Positions 12,001 through 25,600 of a stretch of 64,000 nucleotides of DNA are shown here, in pieces (the first letter of the stretch is position 1; the number at the start of each line of letters is the position of its first letter). A program made the translations under genes and the position numbers. This DNA comes from Lepidodermella squamata (Eukaryota > Animalia > Gastrotricha), in contig JBLDXI010000034.1 of NCBI GenBank assembly GCA_047495785.1, positions 1,240,001 through 1,304,000 of the forward strand, read 5' to 3'. The notes under the pieces were generated by a model. That model saw nothing but the letters and a program-made list of their open reading frames with translations. It did not search any database and had not been told where the DNA came from.

Positions 12001-15000
12001 GCTAGATGGGCGCCGTAGTTGTCAAAACAGTCCTTCTCAGCATTCGCCCAGGTTCGCTTCGTCCCGGTGAGTAACTTGTAACACATCGTTGTATCGCTGT
12101 TATTCGTCCAGCCTAACGGGCAAGACGAGGCGGGAGTTTTCGGGAAAACGTAACGGCGAGATGCAGTCCTAATCGCGTAGCGTGTTGGTTTCGTGCCGTA
12201 GACAGACTTCTCGCAGATGTAGCCGTCCATGTCGCTGCAGGTAACAATTTTGTAGTAGCCGTTCGGACCCATGACGACGCAGTTTTCGCCCTGGCCAGGT
12301 GTTGCTGGTGATCCGCCCTCGAAATTCGTGAAACCTGGGACGAAATCTTGCCAACCGTCGTACAGGTACCAGGTGTTGTTCGAAACGGGTCGCCACAAAG
12401 CAAAATAGTAGTAGATCCTACGAAAAAATCCCTCATTTCAATAAAATTAGTTAGCATCGATGCCTTACTGGTTGTTAGTGTCCATGGCCATTTTGTACAG
12501 TAAATTGTAGGTATTTTGCGATTCAATTACAGCCAGCTGGCCCCCGAGCTGTCTACACGACGTGACAGCTGTTATGTAAGTCGAAAGGGGCGTGAAAACT
12601 CGGAAGCAGCGGTTTGTATCAGGATCGTAATACCAGCCAGGGGTGGGCCCGCAATACGATTGAACTGTTAAGAAAAATCAATATGTTTAGCTATTCGATC
12701 GTCGAAAATCGACTTACTTGCAGCTTCTCGCTTGCAAATGAAAGGCCTATTAGATGTGCAGTTATCGTTTTGCAGGCGACGTGAGGCGTAGTCGTAGTAC
12801 CCGCACTGCCCAGCTCCCTTTTGCGGGAAAGTCCCGGAAATTTCCTGCCAAAACGGTGGCGGGAGAGACTTTTTGTCCTCTTGCGACACCCAGAAGTCAA
12901 ATTGGTCCTTCAACTGCGCGTAGCCAGTCCAAGCGCCCACATCAGTTGGACCTCCCGCGCTGGTCATGACCTGTTTCACGAAGTCCCACTCGGCGTTTGA
13001 GCTGCCGTAGACGAGACTGCCTCCTAGAGATGCGCAGTAGTACTCGGCTCTTTCGTAAGGCAATTTTGTCGAAAAGAAAAACTTGTAGCAGGCATCCACG
13101 CTTATCGCAGAAATGCCAGAGACCCAGCCAGTTGGGCAAGGGGCGAAGGTCCTTGTCGCTACATCAGGTTTTGTCCCATTCACGTCCAGATCGATCAGAG
13201 TCAAGGTATTACTAGCCTGGGCGAATGATAGGACGGCTGTTGAAGATGAGCCGATCTCTGTTACAGGAGGATTCGCCATGTACATTGACAGTTTCTCGAT
13301 CGGGAACACAATCATGATTTGAGTCATGATTGAACCGCTGGCCACCAAGTTCCAAGCACTCATAGTGATGTTGTAAGAGCCATAGAGACGGTAGACGTGG
13401 TAATAGGTCTTGTTTCGAGTAGTGTAGTCGAATAGCAGCGGCTTTGTGCCATCTCCCCAGTCCACCTTATAGCTGCACTTGGTACCGTTGTGCGATGGGA
13501 AGGTGAAAGCCGTCAAATCAGCGGCGTTGGCTAAAGATTGAATTGACATACAATCGAGCAATTGGGAATTCAAACTTACAAATCGGATCGTAGACCGGCG
13601 CGAACCCTTCGCAGCGGTACTGGACTTCAAGCATGTAGCTGTAAGTTAGGATGTTGTCAGGGAACATCGCGTCCTGGGCGGTCATCGTGATAGTATGCTG
13701 TCCAGCAGGCACCGAGCCCCATTTACGGCCGAAACTGATACCAACCGAGGTCAAAGTAATCAGCTTGATCATATGGACGTAGGCACTGCCTACTAGGGTC
13801 ACTCCAGACCTTGATAGAACGAATCCCGCGGAATTTCGAGCGCCGAATCCAGCTACCGTGTCTTGAAAGGTCATTCTGTCGATGAAAATGTTATCCACCT
13901 TAAAATTGCAAATTCAGTTCAACTTACTCAAGAAGACCGGGTTGGGGGGTAGAAGGGGCGGAATATACCACCAGCTTGCCCTCATTTGTACCAGCAGCTC
14001 CAACGCCTGTTGCGGAGGTACGGTAGTAGGCCATGATCATACCCAGGGTGACCTCAAACACCTCAGAATCGTCGAGATAGATCACCTGATTGCCAGTCAT
14101 CGCGAAGTACTTCTTAATCTCAAACGCAAGTTTGTAGTCGACGTTGAGCGACTTGAAGACACCCACCCGGTCACCTAGGGTGTCGGTGTTTGATCGCGAG
14201 CATTGCGGGTACGGGTTTTTGAAGTAGTTCGACCCATAAGCCGAGCACTTGTAACCATCGAACGCCTTCTGCTTCTTGCAAACCGTAGCCATTGTCACGC
14301 AGCTGTGCGAAATCGGGCAGAAGTACGTGCCAGCCGTCAAACAAACTGGCTGGTAGATTTGAATGGTAATCCAACCAGCCTGGGCGATGACTGCCTCAAT
14401 AGCAAAGACCGACGCATTTTGCTTAACCATTTGATTAGGCATGAAGTAGATGTAACCACCGCCCGAATCTGCTGTAACTACTGAGGTCGGAGTTGGAGGG
14501 GTAGTCATGCCAACCTCAACGCGTTGGGCTCGGTGGGAGACAGGTCCGTACTTGTCGAACCCATAATTCGTAGTCAGGATGAATTCACTCGCGCCGACAA
14601 CTCTTGCCTCACATGCTGCGTAGTTTCCGTACAGAATAGCGATAGGGCACATATTGAGGCGGATTGTCCGCATCCTAGTTCCGGCTTTGTAATCCCACCA
14701 TAGGGTATGGGTCGCTCCCTCAGCGTCAATGCCAGTGAACACAACTCGCTGCCAGCCAAATGTCCTAGGACGATAGACATAATCCAGCCCATTGACACGT
14801 TCGACCGGGGCAATTTGAGTCGGAGCCCTTCGGTTCAGATTTCCGAAAATCGTAGCGTTGTAACGAACAAAGGTACCAGCAGTTCGAGTTAGGCTGAAAC
14901 GAATCGGCTTGAAGGCGATATCGAAGAACCCGAATTTGTTTGTCGTATCGGCCAACTGACCGTAAAGCTCGAGCTGTAGGCAAGGCTGGGTGTTGTAGGC

Positions 15001-18000
15001 GGTTGGCGTAATGCGGATTTCGTTTGCAGTGATTGGGGAAGAGAAGCGGAACTTCGCGACAGTTGTCGCATCGCCACTAACTGGAATCAATGTTGTAGCT
15101 GTTCCCAATGGTCCAATCGATACCCAACCACTTCCATTGTTATACTGGGCCGATGTGTAGTTGTACAAAGAATACGTTGTGCCACCGTCGGTCGAGAATT
15201 CCAGCGTAGCCTGCTTGACCCATCTGACTGAGCCATCTGGAGCTCCGGCGAACCAGATTTCGTTGATGTTGTGCGGTGCTCGAAGGTCGATGACAATATT
15301 AGCCCCGGGCACATCGCCGGTATCGACGCACCAGGCCGAATCAGTCCCGAGACGGGCGTTTGAAGCTGGGGTGCTCGTGTTGGAGACCCCGTACGACTGG
15401 AGTTGGACATTCAATAGCTGACCAGAGGATAGGCCGAGAGTTCGAACTTCAAAGAAGGAATAAAATAAGATTCCGGGTAATTACGAGAATTTCGACTTAC
15501 GTGAATTTGTGGGTAGGGTGTACTGGCAAATGTAGGCCATTCTTCGGGTCTGATCGCATTCAGCCGTACGCCAGCGGTATTGCGTCCTCGAATCAGCGTA
15601 GACACACTGCCTGCTAGTAAGTTCCGCCCTGTCATCCCCAGCCCAGTACGTGAAGTCAGTGGTCTTATCAAGGTTCGTTCCGTCAGACCAAACGAATTTT
15701 TTAGTCAGCGCTGAGTAGGAAAGGCCGAGCCAAACAGGTCGCTGCAGGTCGGTTATGTTGATCGCAAAGTCGTATTGCGCAGGATTGGCTGGTTTCCAAA
15801 GTTTAGCTGCTGGTACGTAGTTCTGGCAGGCAGCTTTAGCCGTGTTGTAGGGAACAGTCCAGTTCAGATACAGAAAGCATTGGCCTTGGAACAATCTCCA
15901 GCCCATTGCGCATTTGGTTGCTGTAAAATATTATTAAGTTAAAGTATTCCTCCTTAAAAAATGTTGCATACTCGAGACAACATCGAGGTTGAGGCCAGCT
16001 GGTTTCTTGCAAGCCTATAGGAAATTCGGAATTTTATCAAATTTCCATTAAGAATGACGTTGAATTACGTAGTTTTGCTGTGAGAGGGGGTTAACGGCTT
16101 GCCACATGAAAGGCTTTGTCATAGAGACGCATCCCCATTGATTGCTTTGACCCGGTTGACCGCCGTTCCAGTTGGCGTAGAACGCGGGCTGGCCGTCAGG
16201 GTTCAAACCGCGACCTTGAGTTCCAACAGTAGCGTTCAAGCCAATGCAGAAGACTTCGCTCGATGGTCTGATAAATTAAAGTGAAAATTCACATTTCCGG
16301 AAGTAATTAGGAAGTTGAACTTACAAAACGCTGGCACCAGCTTCAACGATGAAGCTGTTCTCATCAGCACTTTCAATTTGAAGCAACTGGCCGCCATACG
16401 ACGCACAATTCGCCTGAGCTGTGTTGTAGTCAGCACGTGTCGTGAAGATTCTGTAACAATTCGGGCCACGAAGAGTCCAGCCAGGCAGGCAATCTTATCA
16501 AAAAGTACTAGTCTATGGTCGGTTAAATTAGAAAAAATCTCTTACTTGCGTAACCAACAGAAGCAATGGCTGGGTTCGAAGTCTTGCGATTGGCGACAGT
16601 TCGGTAGACGCTGAAGTGGTTAGCCCCGCCGCACCAATCTCTGGCGTTTCCATCGCATGGGACGTTGCACTTCTCTGGGGTCTCCGGGCCATCAGTCGCT
16701 AGAGTGTTTGCGCAGAGACAAGTATCTCCACTCCTCAGACCAGCGAACTCGTAATTGGCATCACCGCAAACCTGGCGACACATTGCTACGGTCAAGTTAT
16801 CAGACTGCCAGTAGCCGGGGTTGAAGGTGAAATCGTTCGACCCGGCAATGTGGCCCGGGTAACAGCCGATGAAGTCAGGGTGCGAGCAGTACCTCTGGGT
16901 TTTCCTGACAGACGTCTCAGACTGAATACCGTGATTGTACAACTGAGCGCACTGCATCGACCCGGTGAAGGACATGTCGTTGGTGGTTGAAGTCAGAGGG
17001 AAGGCAGCAGTTCGGCCGAGGTTCAACGAGCCAGATGTTTGGCAAACAGTTTTTCTTGCAAGGGTCAGCGTCGACTGAGTGATACTGTTGACAATCAACC
17101 CGGTCTGGGCGGCTCCATTAATGAAAAAGTTGAAGTTATCAGACTGGAAGTCGTACGAAACCGCGATATGGACCCAAGTTCCGCTAGGAATCACCCCGGG
17201 TTCGTTAACAGTTAGAGAAACACCGTCATTCGCCGCGAAGTTGATGTCAGTATCAATTGTGATGTTATTGCCCTTGCCCATGCTTTGCAAGTCGTCGTAC
17301 ATAGCGTTGGTTCTCGAGTGGAAACTCACTGCGGTACCACCCCGGTTGACAAAGGCGTAGAATGCCACGGTGAACGACTTGGTTTGTGAGCAGACGTCAA
17401 GAGTCTTCTGGAAATCCTGCATCGCCCAGAAGTATTGACCAGGGCTGCCTGGGAAGGCGAAAGCAGCTTGAGATACGCCGAAAACACTTGGAGTAGGTTC
17501 CAACATTGAAAATCTCGCATGGTTCGGGCCTCGCATGTTCATCCCTCCAGATTGGGCAGACATAGGCCACAGCGCGACTGGTTTGATTGGCTCGAGAACG
17601 AAATCGGAGTGAAGCCCGTTATGAAGATCGTAGCACTTCTGCCGGATTACAGCCAAGTCCAGGGCGTTCAACGAGTCTAGGTAGATAGCAGCGCAAGCCA
17701 AAGCGACATTTCCGCCTATATTTGTACCCTGCCGGCCGAATTTGAACGAACCAGTCAGTGCGTACAGGCCGTCGTCGAATTCGTATAGGGTAGCGTTGAA
17801 GTAGCTCCAAATCGCGCATTGAGTCGTATCCCGGTAAACGCGGTAGACCCAGTTCGCTCGGTCAAAGACTACGGCAATCTGATACCAGACTCCGCTTGAG
17901 AGTCCAGTGCAGGTCAGTGTTTGGGTTGAGGATGGTTTGGTGTAGGACACGAGTTTAACGGTGAATGAGCTGCTTGTTGTGAAGCTGATCAAGAGACCGC

Positions 18001-21000
18001 CGGCTTGAGAGGCCTGATCGCCGGCATAGTACTCCCACGACCAGATAACGCTGTTCAATCCATTGTATCTCGCGTTGATTACGTAAGAGTAACCAGCTGG
18101 GAAATATTGCGACTTGTAGCCAAGGTCCAATAACTCAGCGACGTTGTTGTTATCGGCTTGAAGGACCTGGGCGTGGCCTGTTGTTGTGTTCCTGTAGAAT
18201 GTCGAGGTATTCACAGCTCCTCCTGGTCCTGCTGCCCAAACGATATCGCCTAGACCAGTGTGGGAGTTGTGGCCGCTGATATCCATACCAGCGAATAGGC
18301 TACCCATTGGCCAGAAAGCGTGGACATTCTGTGGGTCGTGAAGAGGCCAGCTGGGTGCTTGGTCGCAAACTGGGATGTCACAGTAGTCCCACGATGTGGC
18401 TGATGGTCCGGTGAAACACCATGGCTTATTTCGGATAACTGCGTTTGGCTCGGGATTTCGGCAATATGCATCCGCTTTCAGAACATTCTGCAATAAAGTG
18501 AGAATCCCAGGTAACTGGTGAAGCTATTGAAATGATTTTGCGTCCAAGGGCCACAGTATGAATAGGGTGATCAGGGTGATTAGGGTGATTCGGGGTGACC
18601 TTGGTGATCTGGGTGATCAGGGTGATTCGGGGATCCCAAGTTCTTATTTTCTCTTTGCCCTTTTCCCCCTTTTCCGTCTTCCCTTATTTTCTCACAATCC
18701 CCTTGTGTTGTGGGTGAGCTATACCAATAAGAAAGAAACATCAAACTTACGCCCTCTGGGTACATGGCGGCGTTGTAGTAGTTTTCGCCCGGTTGGTCGA
18801 CCCATTTCCTGCATTTCGCGAAGTTCTTCGTCCAGCTCACTTTACCGGAGTACTCCCAGCCACCCTGTGACGTATGGTAGCACTGAGTCGTATCGACAGG
18901 CCGGCCATAGGCTGAGATAATCGCAGCATGGCACATGTCCATGGCTTTTGGAACCTCCTCATCCCTGATATCAGTGTCATACATCATGAAGCACGCCATT
19001 TTGCCGGAGAATCGCTGCGTATCAGCGAATCGATAGCCGATAGTCATAGGGCTGAACGTGTTGATAATATGCCAGCCAATTGCCTGATCCACAACGGTCA
19101 CATTGCCGAGACGAATCGTCAAGCGACGTGTTTGCCGGCTGTATCTAACAAACAGCCAGTTCCAGCCAACAATCGAGCTGTTATGCGCCGTAGTCGATGA
19201 GAAAAGAGTGGCCGAATTGCATTTGTAAGCCGATGTGTAGAAGATGTCGGTAGTTTTCGAAAACGCAACTCGGAACCCACAACCGCCATTTGTATCGATG
19301 TGCTCAAACAGCGTCTGCACATCACCCGCCAGTTTCCCATCGCGGTTAACCCAGGCTGAAACGTAGGCCATATAGGTGACTGAGTCATTGGTACCAATCG
19401 TGAAGGGGTTCTCTCTATCGACGGTTTGAATGTCGATTCCACTTTTCGGTTCGTTGTAGAACTTCGTAGCGGAGTAAGGGTGGCCTAATGGGCCCGTGCT
19501 GGTACCAAGACGGCCCCGGGTGTTACCATGCATATTGCGGCCTGAGATGTCTTGAAGACCGTAGGCACGTCCAAGGGGCAGGAAGAACCTCAGGTGTTGT
19601 GGTTTGAAAATTGTCCCTGAAACTGTGGTGCCGACACCCAGAACTTGCTGGCATGAAGCCATGGCCGCCGTGATATCGGCAGCAACCAAAGCTGTGGAGA
19701 AAACGGTAAAGCAGCTTATTTTGCCCTTGAACCACGTGGTCGTAGCTGTTGTGTAGCTTCGCCCGACGTAAATATTTGAGTGAGCTTCAATATCGCCTTG
19801 GCCAATGTTCCGGGTAGCTCCGCACAGGCTGGTACCCTGCCAGATTTCGAGGTTGCCACCGGTGTAGTCGTAGCTAACAGTGAGGTACTGCCATTTGGCG
19901 ACTTGCAGGCAACCAGTTGCATTCTCCATCTTCCAAACTGAGAAACCACCAACAGCTGCAAATGTGACTCGGATATCGGTTCCGCTGACAATCCGAACCG
20001 TTGTGGTCTGTAAAAAGATGTTTAAAATGGTTAGAAAAAAATAAAAAATTCAACAATTTTAATTATTAACATAAAATTTCATTAAATAGGCCGTAATTTA
20101 GTTTAGATTTAAATACTGAATAATCTATTTAGAAAAATTGTAAAACTCACAAATGGTGTTCTGAACTGATAACGACCAAAAGAAAATACATGGCCGCCCT
20201 CGCTTGCTGAGCCAACAAAAACCCAGGCAGAGATGGCGAAGCTTCTACGATAGAAATTAATCGCAGCTCCCAGGGTTCTTTGATTCGAAGCCAGCAGCAG
20301 GTTGACGTACGTCGTCAAGCCATCGAAAATAAGACTGCCGTTGATCTGCATCTGGGGACCGAAGCCGTACGTATGGTTCGTGATGTCACCCTGGAAGATG
20401 CGACCTGAAGCTTCCCGGGCGCGATGGAACTCATTGAGAGGCCAAAGACCGATGAGGTTGTCTTGTATAGGGAAAGAAACCCCGAGCCGCCCTGAAATAG
20501 TCCGATCCATTGTCGTTTCAAGCTGGGCCTGTTGGCACCATTGAGATGCTTCGCCGATCAGAAATGGTGGAACAGCACCAGCCTCGCCGCTGATCAAGCA
20601 AGCGATCGAGCCGCTCCAGAAAACATCAGTTGGGACACCGTTGTCATCGAGCGGGCCCTGACGACGACCGATCTCGAAACCGCCGCTCATCTCAACTGCG
20701 ATCTGGCCAATGGCTGAGTTGAGGCAGGGGGTGGAGCCTGAGGTACCCTTCCAGAAGAACACGTTGCCATTAGTGAAGTCGTAGTTGACAGTAACCCAAG
20801 TCCATTGATTCAGCGAAACACAGCTCGAAGGCACGATTAGTTGGTAGGCCGGGAGAGGGACTGGCCCAATGTCTGTCTTAGTGACGAAATCAAGCAGTAG
20901 CGTGCCGTTGCCCAGCGACCAAATGTTGAAGCCGTAGTGGGTTGTGTTGAACTTGTACTGCAGAATCGGCCCGACTGAGTTGGTTAGGTACAGGTTGAAC

Positions 21001-21933
21001 ATGAAGTAGAAGCTTGTGTTCAGATAGTTGACCGCGTCAATGCTTGAGTTGAAAGCGACGTAGCTTGGTATGCCGGATGGCAGGGTAACTGCAGAGTCTG
21101 GCTTGCCATTCGGACCTGTTGTCAGCGTTGCATTGATAAAATGGCCGTCTTGGAAGCTCATATTGTTGTTTCGATAACCCAGCCAATCCATAGCTCCGGT
21201 GAGTCGATTGAAGGTCACGAAGAGCTCAGGATTCAAAGACGGGATGTAAATGTCTGGAATTGACACAAAATCTTCATCTAGAACAGACGATTGAAGTTCT
21301 AACTTACAATACATGCAAACGCTTGGGAAAGCCTGGGTGCAAGCTGCCGCTGCCCATTTGTTGTTGGCGGCTCCGGTTTGGATCGAAGCACACTGACCAG
21401 CTGCTGAAGTGGATGGCTCGCTGGTCCCCCAAGGCAGGGCGTTGACGAAATTTGACCCAGCCATAGACACATAGGCTGAACCTTGGTACTGAGCCCCTAC
21501 CCATGTTTGCAGGTTCCTAAAAGAAAATGTTTAGCGAATTTCAGTAAAATTAAGGTGGTTTAACTTACGGTGAAGTCCTTAGTGTTGCGAGGAACACTGC
21601 TTCATCAGAATCTCTTGGCACAGATAAATGAGCGCCTGGTATGATAGCACTGCAAGCTGTATCTGCAGAACTGAAGTCGAGAGGAGCTGGGTTGTAGTAG
21701 TGCTACAATCGAAATCTTAGGAAAAAAGCCATCAGCAATACAGGAATAGCTTACGCAAGCAAAATTGTATTCAACCCAATCTGGCGGGCAGTAGTTCAAC
21801 GTGGTAACAGGTTGTAACAAACTGACCCCGGCCAGGAGAACAGAAATTATTGTGGCACGGTTGATCTAGTAGTTTATTTTCGAAATTGATGCGACTTTCA
21901 GTTTAATTTCAAACTTACGCCACTCGGCAACAT
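1..21933 (-). CDS. Giant polycystin-1-family (PKD1-like/REJ-like) receptor-channel subunit; 3' end lies beyond the left edge
   Basis: ATG at 21933 gives MLPSG|INRATIISVLLAGVSLLQPVTT (signal peptide). ~26 GT-AG introns, mostly 48-61 bp, join the minus-strand ORFs. Last visible exon 4720-1 has the same frame at both ends and the ORF track shows no stop in it. It encodes GPS (CLCNHL/TSF), TM1, PLAT and TRPP-like S4-S6 (RLLRFNRR...SLFSMLLGVYDF...LVNAFVAIL). Confidence 0.95.
3190..3345 (-). other. GAIN/GPS autoproteolysis motif of the polycystin
   Basis: SCKFYDKPSKSWSSAGCRVG...TQCLCNHL^TSFSSNF immediately before TM1; predicted cut between L (3225-3227) and T (3222-3224). Confidence 0.92.
5730..7560 (-). 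other. REJ module of the polycystin
   Basis: LEYGFYRLSL, LVVGL, SLSYDPD, YTPFNFDCTGF, LPAGVPEENYLVTIYVDATDPFDS are REJ-type motifs between the PKD repeats and GAIN. Confidence 0.85.
10930..13145 (-). other. Five tandem C-type lectin-like domains
   Basis: Repeated CPxGW...CY, AxxxC...LAS, WIGL, WxWxDG, FICE/K patterns in ORFs 10893-12398 and 12668-13630 and the exon between them. Confidence 0.88.
16600..16880 (-). other. WSC domain
   Basis: FIGCY...LTVAMCRQVC...FAGLRSGDTCLCAN...CNVPCDGNARDWCGGANHFSVY. Confidence 0.9.
18365..18885 (-). other. Kringle domain split by intron 18488-18750
   Basis: CYHTSQGGWEYSGKVSWTKNFAKCRKW...|...AYCRNPEP...KPWCFTG...WDYCDIPVC. Confidence 0.92.
18564..18634 (+). 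repeat. Intronic 9-bp minisatellite (GGGTGATYR)n, ~8 units
   Basis: gggtgatca gggtgatta gggtgattc ggggtgacc ... inside the enlarged polycystin intron 18488-18750. Confidence 0.85.
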
Positions 21934-22669
21934 TTTGTTGTCCTTTTTAGTCGAAAAACTCACATAAAAAACCACCTATAAACGCATGTAGATGTAGCAA
22001 ATTTCTCGAAGCGAATTTCAGATAGACTAGGGCCTATTCTCTTCTCTGATTCACAGACCGATTCTTTTCTTCTTGAAGAGGATAGGATCGCGCTTAGGTA
22101 GCCGCTTAAACTTTAATGAACCCTCCTCTTGTTCTTATGGAGCAACGAGATTTCTTTAGCCTGTGCATAATTTAGCAACCTGTTCTGTAAAACAATTGCA
22201 CCTTGGTAACGCAAGGCGAGATTTTTTCAGCCTCCTTTGTTTGGTGCGAAGAGATTGCATCACCTTAGAGGTCGCATACTTGATGATTAGATCGGTTTGC
22301 GCTTAATTATGAATGAGCGCGACGGGAAAAAATTCGAACCATCGGCATCTCAGATCGTGTGTTCGATCACCCCTTTGAAAGGCCACAATGGAGAATGGAA
22401 AGTAAATGTTTAATTGATAAAGTTTCCAAACTTCGAGTCACCCTGATTTTGTAGAAAATACCTCTCTTCACATTGAATTACAAAATCAATTTTATTCACG
22501 ACCAATGATCATGCAACAGTGATACATAAGTAATCAAACACTGAATTCATCATTCATAAAAATTCTTCAACGCCAATTAGAAACTTCGAAGTTCGAAGTT
22601 GTACTACAAGGTCTTAGATCCACAACAGAACAACATATTTAGTCCTTTTAATCTCAAGATTGGATCCCT

Positions 22670-25600
22670 TCATTCAGTAATGGCTTGGTTGAAAACCGAA
22701 GATCCAGAGGCTGAAGTAGCCGAGGACTGGCGAGTAACGACTTTCGGTTCAGGCGTCACTGCTGAATCTGTACTGTTAACTGAGAGTTTCTTCACCAGCG
22801 AAATCGAATGACGCCATACATCACGGCCTCGATTTCCTCCACTCTTTTTGTTGTTGCTATTAACCCCGGCGGTCAGCATTGCCCATTGTGAGGTCGTTGA
22901 GTGGAATTCACGAGAAGACCGGCGGCCGAAACCTACCTTGCTCGGGGAGATTGAGATGTTATCCCCATCGCCATCATGCTCATCCAGCTCCTCCTCTAAA
23001 TCACTGATGCCTTCATCTTCACGTCGACCGAAATTGTTCTCGTTAAGGCGTTTCAGCATAGTTTTAACCAGGTCATGCTGAGCGTTAAGCTTGCTGTAGT
23101 AAGCTCCGACAGTGCGAGATCTTCGCGTCATTTCTTCCATTAGGAAGGAGAGATCAACTCGGTTCTTACCAGCACCGACGCCTAACAACTGATCATCATC
23201 TCGCTCCCTCTGTAAATCGTCCATCAATTTGTCGTAGATTTCGTCATGCCACAGGGATGCAACCATTTTGCTGAATGGGTTCATGTTGTGCCTAGAATGC
23301 CCACACTTATTTGGGTTGCACTTGTAATTCTTCGGAATCCGGCCGCAAAGGAATCCTTTCGGCAGCTTGTCTTCCAACCACGTGAACAGTTCAACTTGCA
23401 TGGAAAGTCGCTCCAGTCTCGCGTTTTTCCTGATTGTTTCAATGTCCCCAACTGCCAGACCGACTAACAGATTCTTCAGCAACATTGGGATCAAAATCAG
23501 GAAACCAATGTAAGCAAAATAGGCAAGCGATCCATAGACAAATTTAGCTTGGCCACCAATCGCTGGCGATATGATATCAGCGTAATTCAGTTCACCAGTC
23601 AACATAACCAGTGACGTCATCATTGAGATCATGGGCGTCCTGAACTGCTCAGTCGGGCCATCGTAAGTTCTGAATGTCATGGTGAATAGAAGGGAGAATC
23701 CGATGAAGAGGCTGCTGAACGCCAGATCGGTGAGAATGAACGACTTGAAGGTGTGGCCGAACATGACTATAGTCATTCCTAAGCTTCGATACCGCATTAG
23801 GATGAAGAGAACCATCCAGCCGAGGAACATGGCCAAAGCTGAAGTGACTAGCTGAGTTTTCACGCTGAACATGCCTTCAAAGTACAGAGGGGCGAGAGAC
23901 GCGACGGTACAACCATACATTACCCATTCTAGCCAATTCTAGTGGGGAAAGATTTATTAAGGAGGATTTTTTAATATTACACCCCCACTTACCGACATAA
24001 GTATGAAATATCCCAATTTCTGATGGCAAATAGCGCAAATCTGGTATATCATGTTAGCTATGAGAATTAGAATGCAAACGCTTATGCGGATAAGCATGTG
24101 AAAGTCGATTTCGTGCATTCGTAGAAAAGCCGTGCCGTCAGCAAGCGAGTAACCCTGCGGCCCCTCCGCTTCAACATCGCTCCCATCATCGTAGTCGTAG
24201 CCGATAATTTGTTCGGTGTAGTTTGTCCCGTTGGAATCGTTCAATGGTATAACAACATCAGTCAGGCGGTTTAGGTCATTCGCTACTATGCTGGTGAACG
24301 TCAGTAGCAGGATGAAAATAAGCATGCGGAAATTGAAAACATGGGCTCCAAACGTCTCCCACTTTCGTTTCAGAAAAACCAAGCTCAAAGGGTGGGTGAG
24401 TAGGTTCAAACGATTGTAACGGACCATGAGCTACAAAGCAAGGTTCACTGGTATCTCGTGTAATAAGGTGGATTTACTTACGTTCATAGGTTGCGTCGGG
24501 GTGCGGCCTTTGTACTTTTTGTTAAGGTAACACGGCGTTTGCATGAATTGGAAATCGTAGTCCACTGTAAATTCTGGCGAGTTGCGATCGCCCGAGCTGT
24601 ATTTGATGCATCTATCCATCACGAGAAGCGCAGCATTAGGGCAATTTTGAATCATCCCTATGAAATGAGTCATGTAGAGACTCCGCATTTTCATAATTTC
24701 TTCGAAACGAGGACTCTTCATAATTGTCGAGCAGACTTCTGTATGAGACTTTGTAATAGCCATGTCGAGAAAGGTAGCTTTCTCCGCATTGTGCTCAAAT
24801 TTAGCCCCTTCGTTGATTAGATAATCGACAACTACAGGGTGTCCATACTCTGCAGCCAGATGCAACGGGGTGTTCAGAGCTCTGTTCTGATTATTCAGCA
24901 GGTGCGGGGCAAGAGAATAAATTAGAAAAACGCAATCGAAATGACCATTTTGAGCCGCTAAACATGGGGGGAAATTATAACTTCCTTGAAATGGATCAAT
25001 GACTTACCCAAATGAAGAGGCGAATTGTGGTTATGGTCTTTCGTCATCAGAGCGCCGTATCTCACGAGCAACGAGATAATTTTGACTTGGCCAGACAACG
25101 CTGCGATGTGGAGAGGAGTCCTACCCTCAGAGTCAGTTTCATTGATCAGCAAAACCCCGCTTTCGTTCGCTAGGAGTTGCAGGCACGTGTGCAGTCGACC
25201 ATGCCTCGCAGCGATATGCAAAGGGTTCATTTTACTGTTGTCTTTCAGTGTAATACTAGCCCCGAGTTGCATCAACCCATTCAGTGAAGCAAGTTGGCCT
25301 AGTTTCGACGCGTACAGCAAAGGAGTGCAGCCGTAGTCGTCCTTATCGTTCAAAAGCTGCTGCAAGTTCTTAAGCTGGCTCAATTCAATTTCGCGGATTC
25401 TCGAGCCGTTCAGAATTGCGAGATGCAGGAAATTTCGGTTGTTAGTATCTCGAATAGTCGTGTTAGCTTTCTTTCTCAAGAGAAGATTGACAACATCGAT
25501 AGCGTCTTTTGAGGCGGCTAGTAACAACGGGGTCCTTCTCTCGCCATCTTGGGCATTCACACTTGCCCCCTCGTCAATGAGCTGCTCAACAACAAACACG

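Noticed and set aside
108-21445. Many + strand ORFs of 60-190 aa over the polycystin gene
   Set aside because: Antisense shadows of GC-rich coding exons with no recognisable domains.
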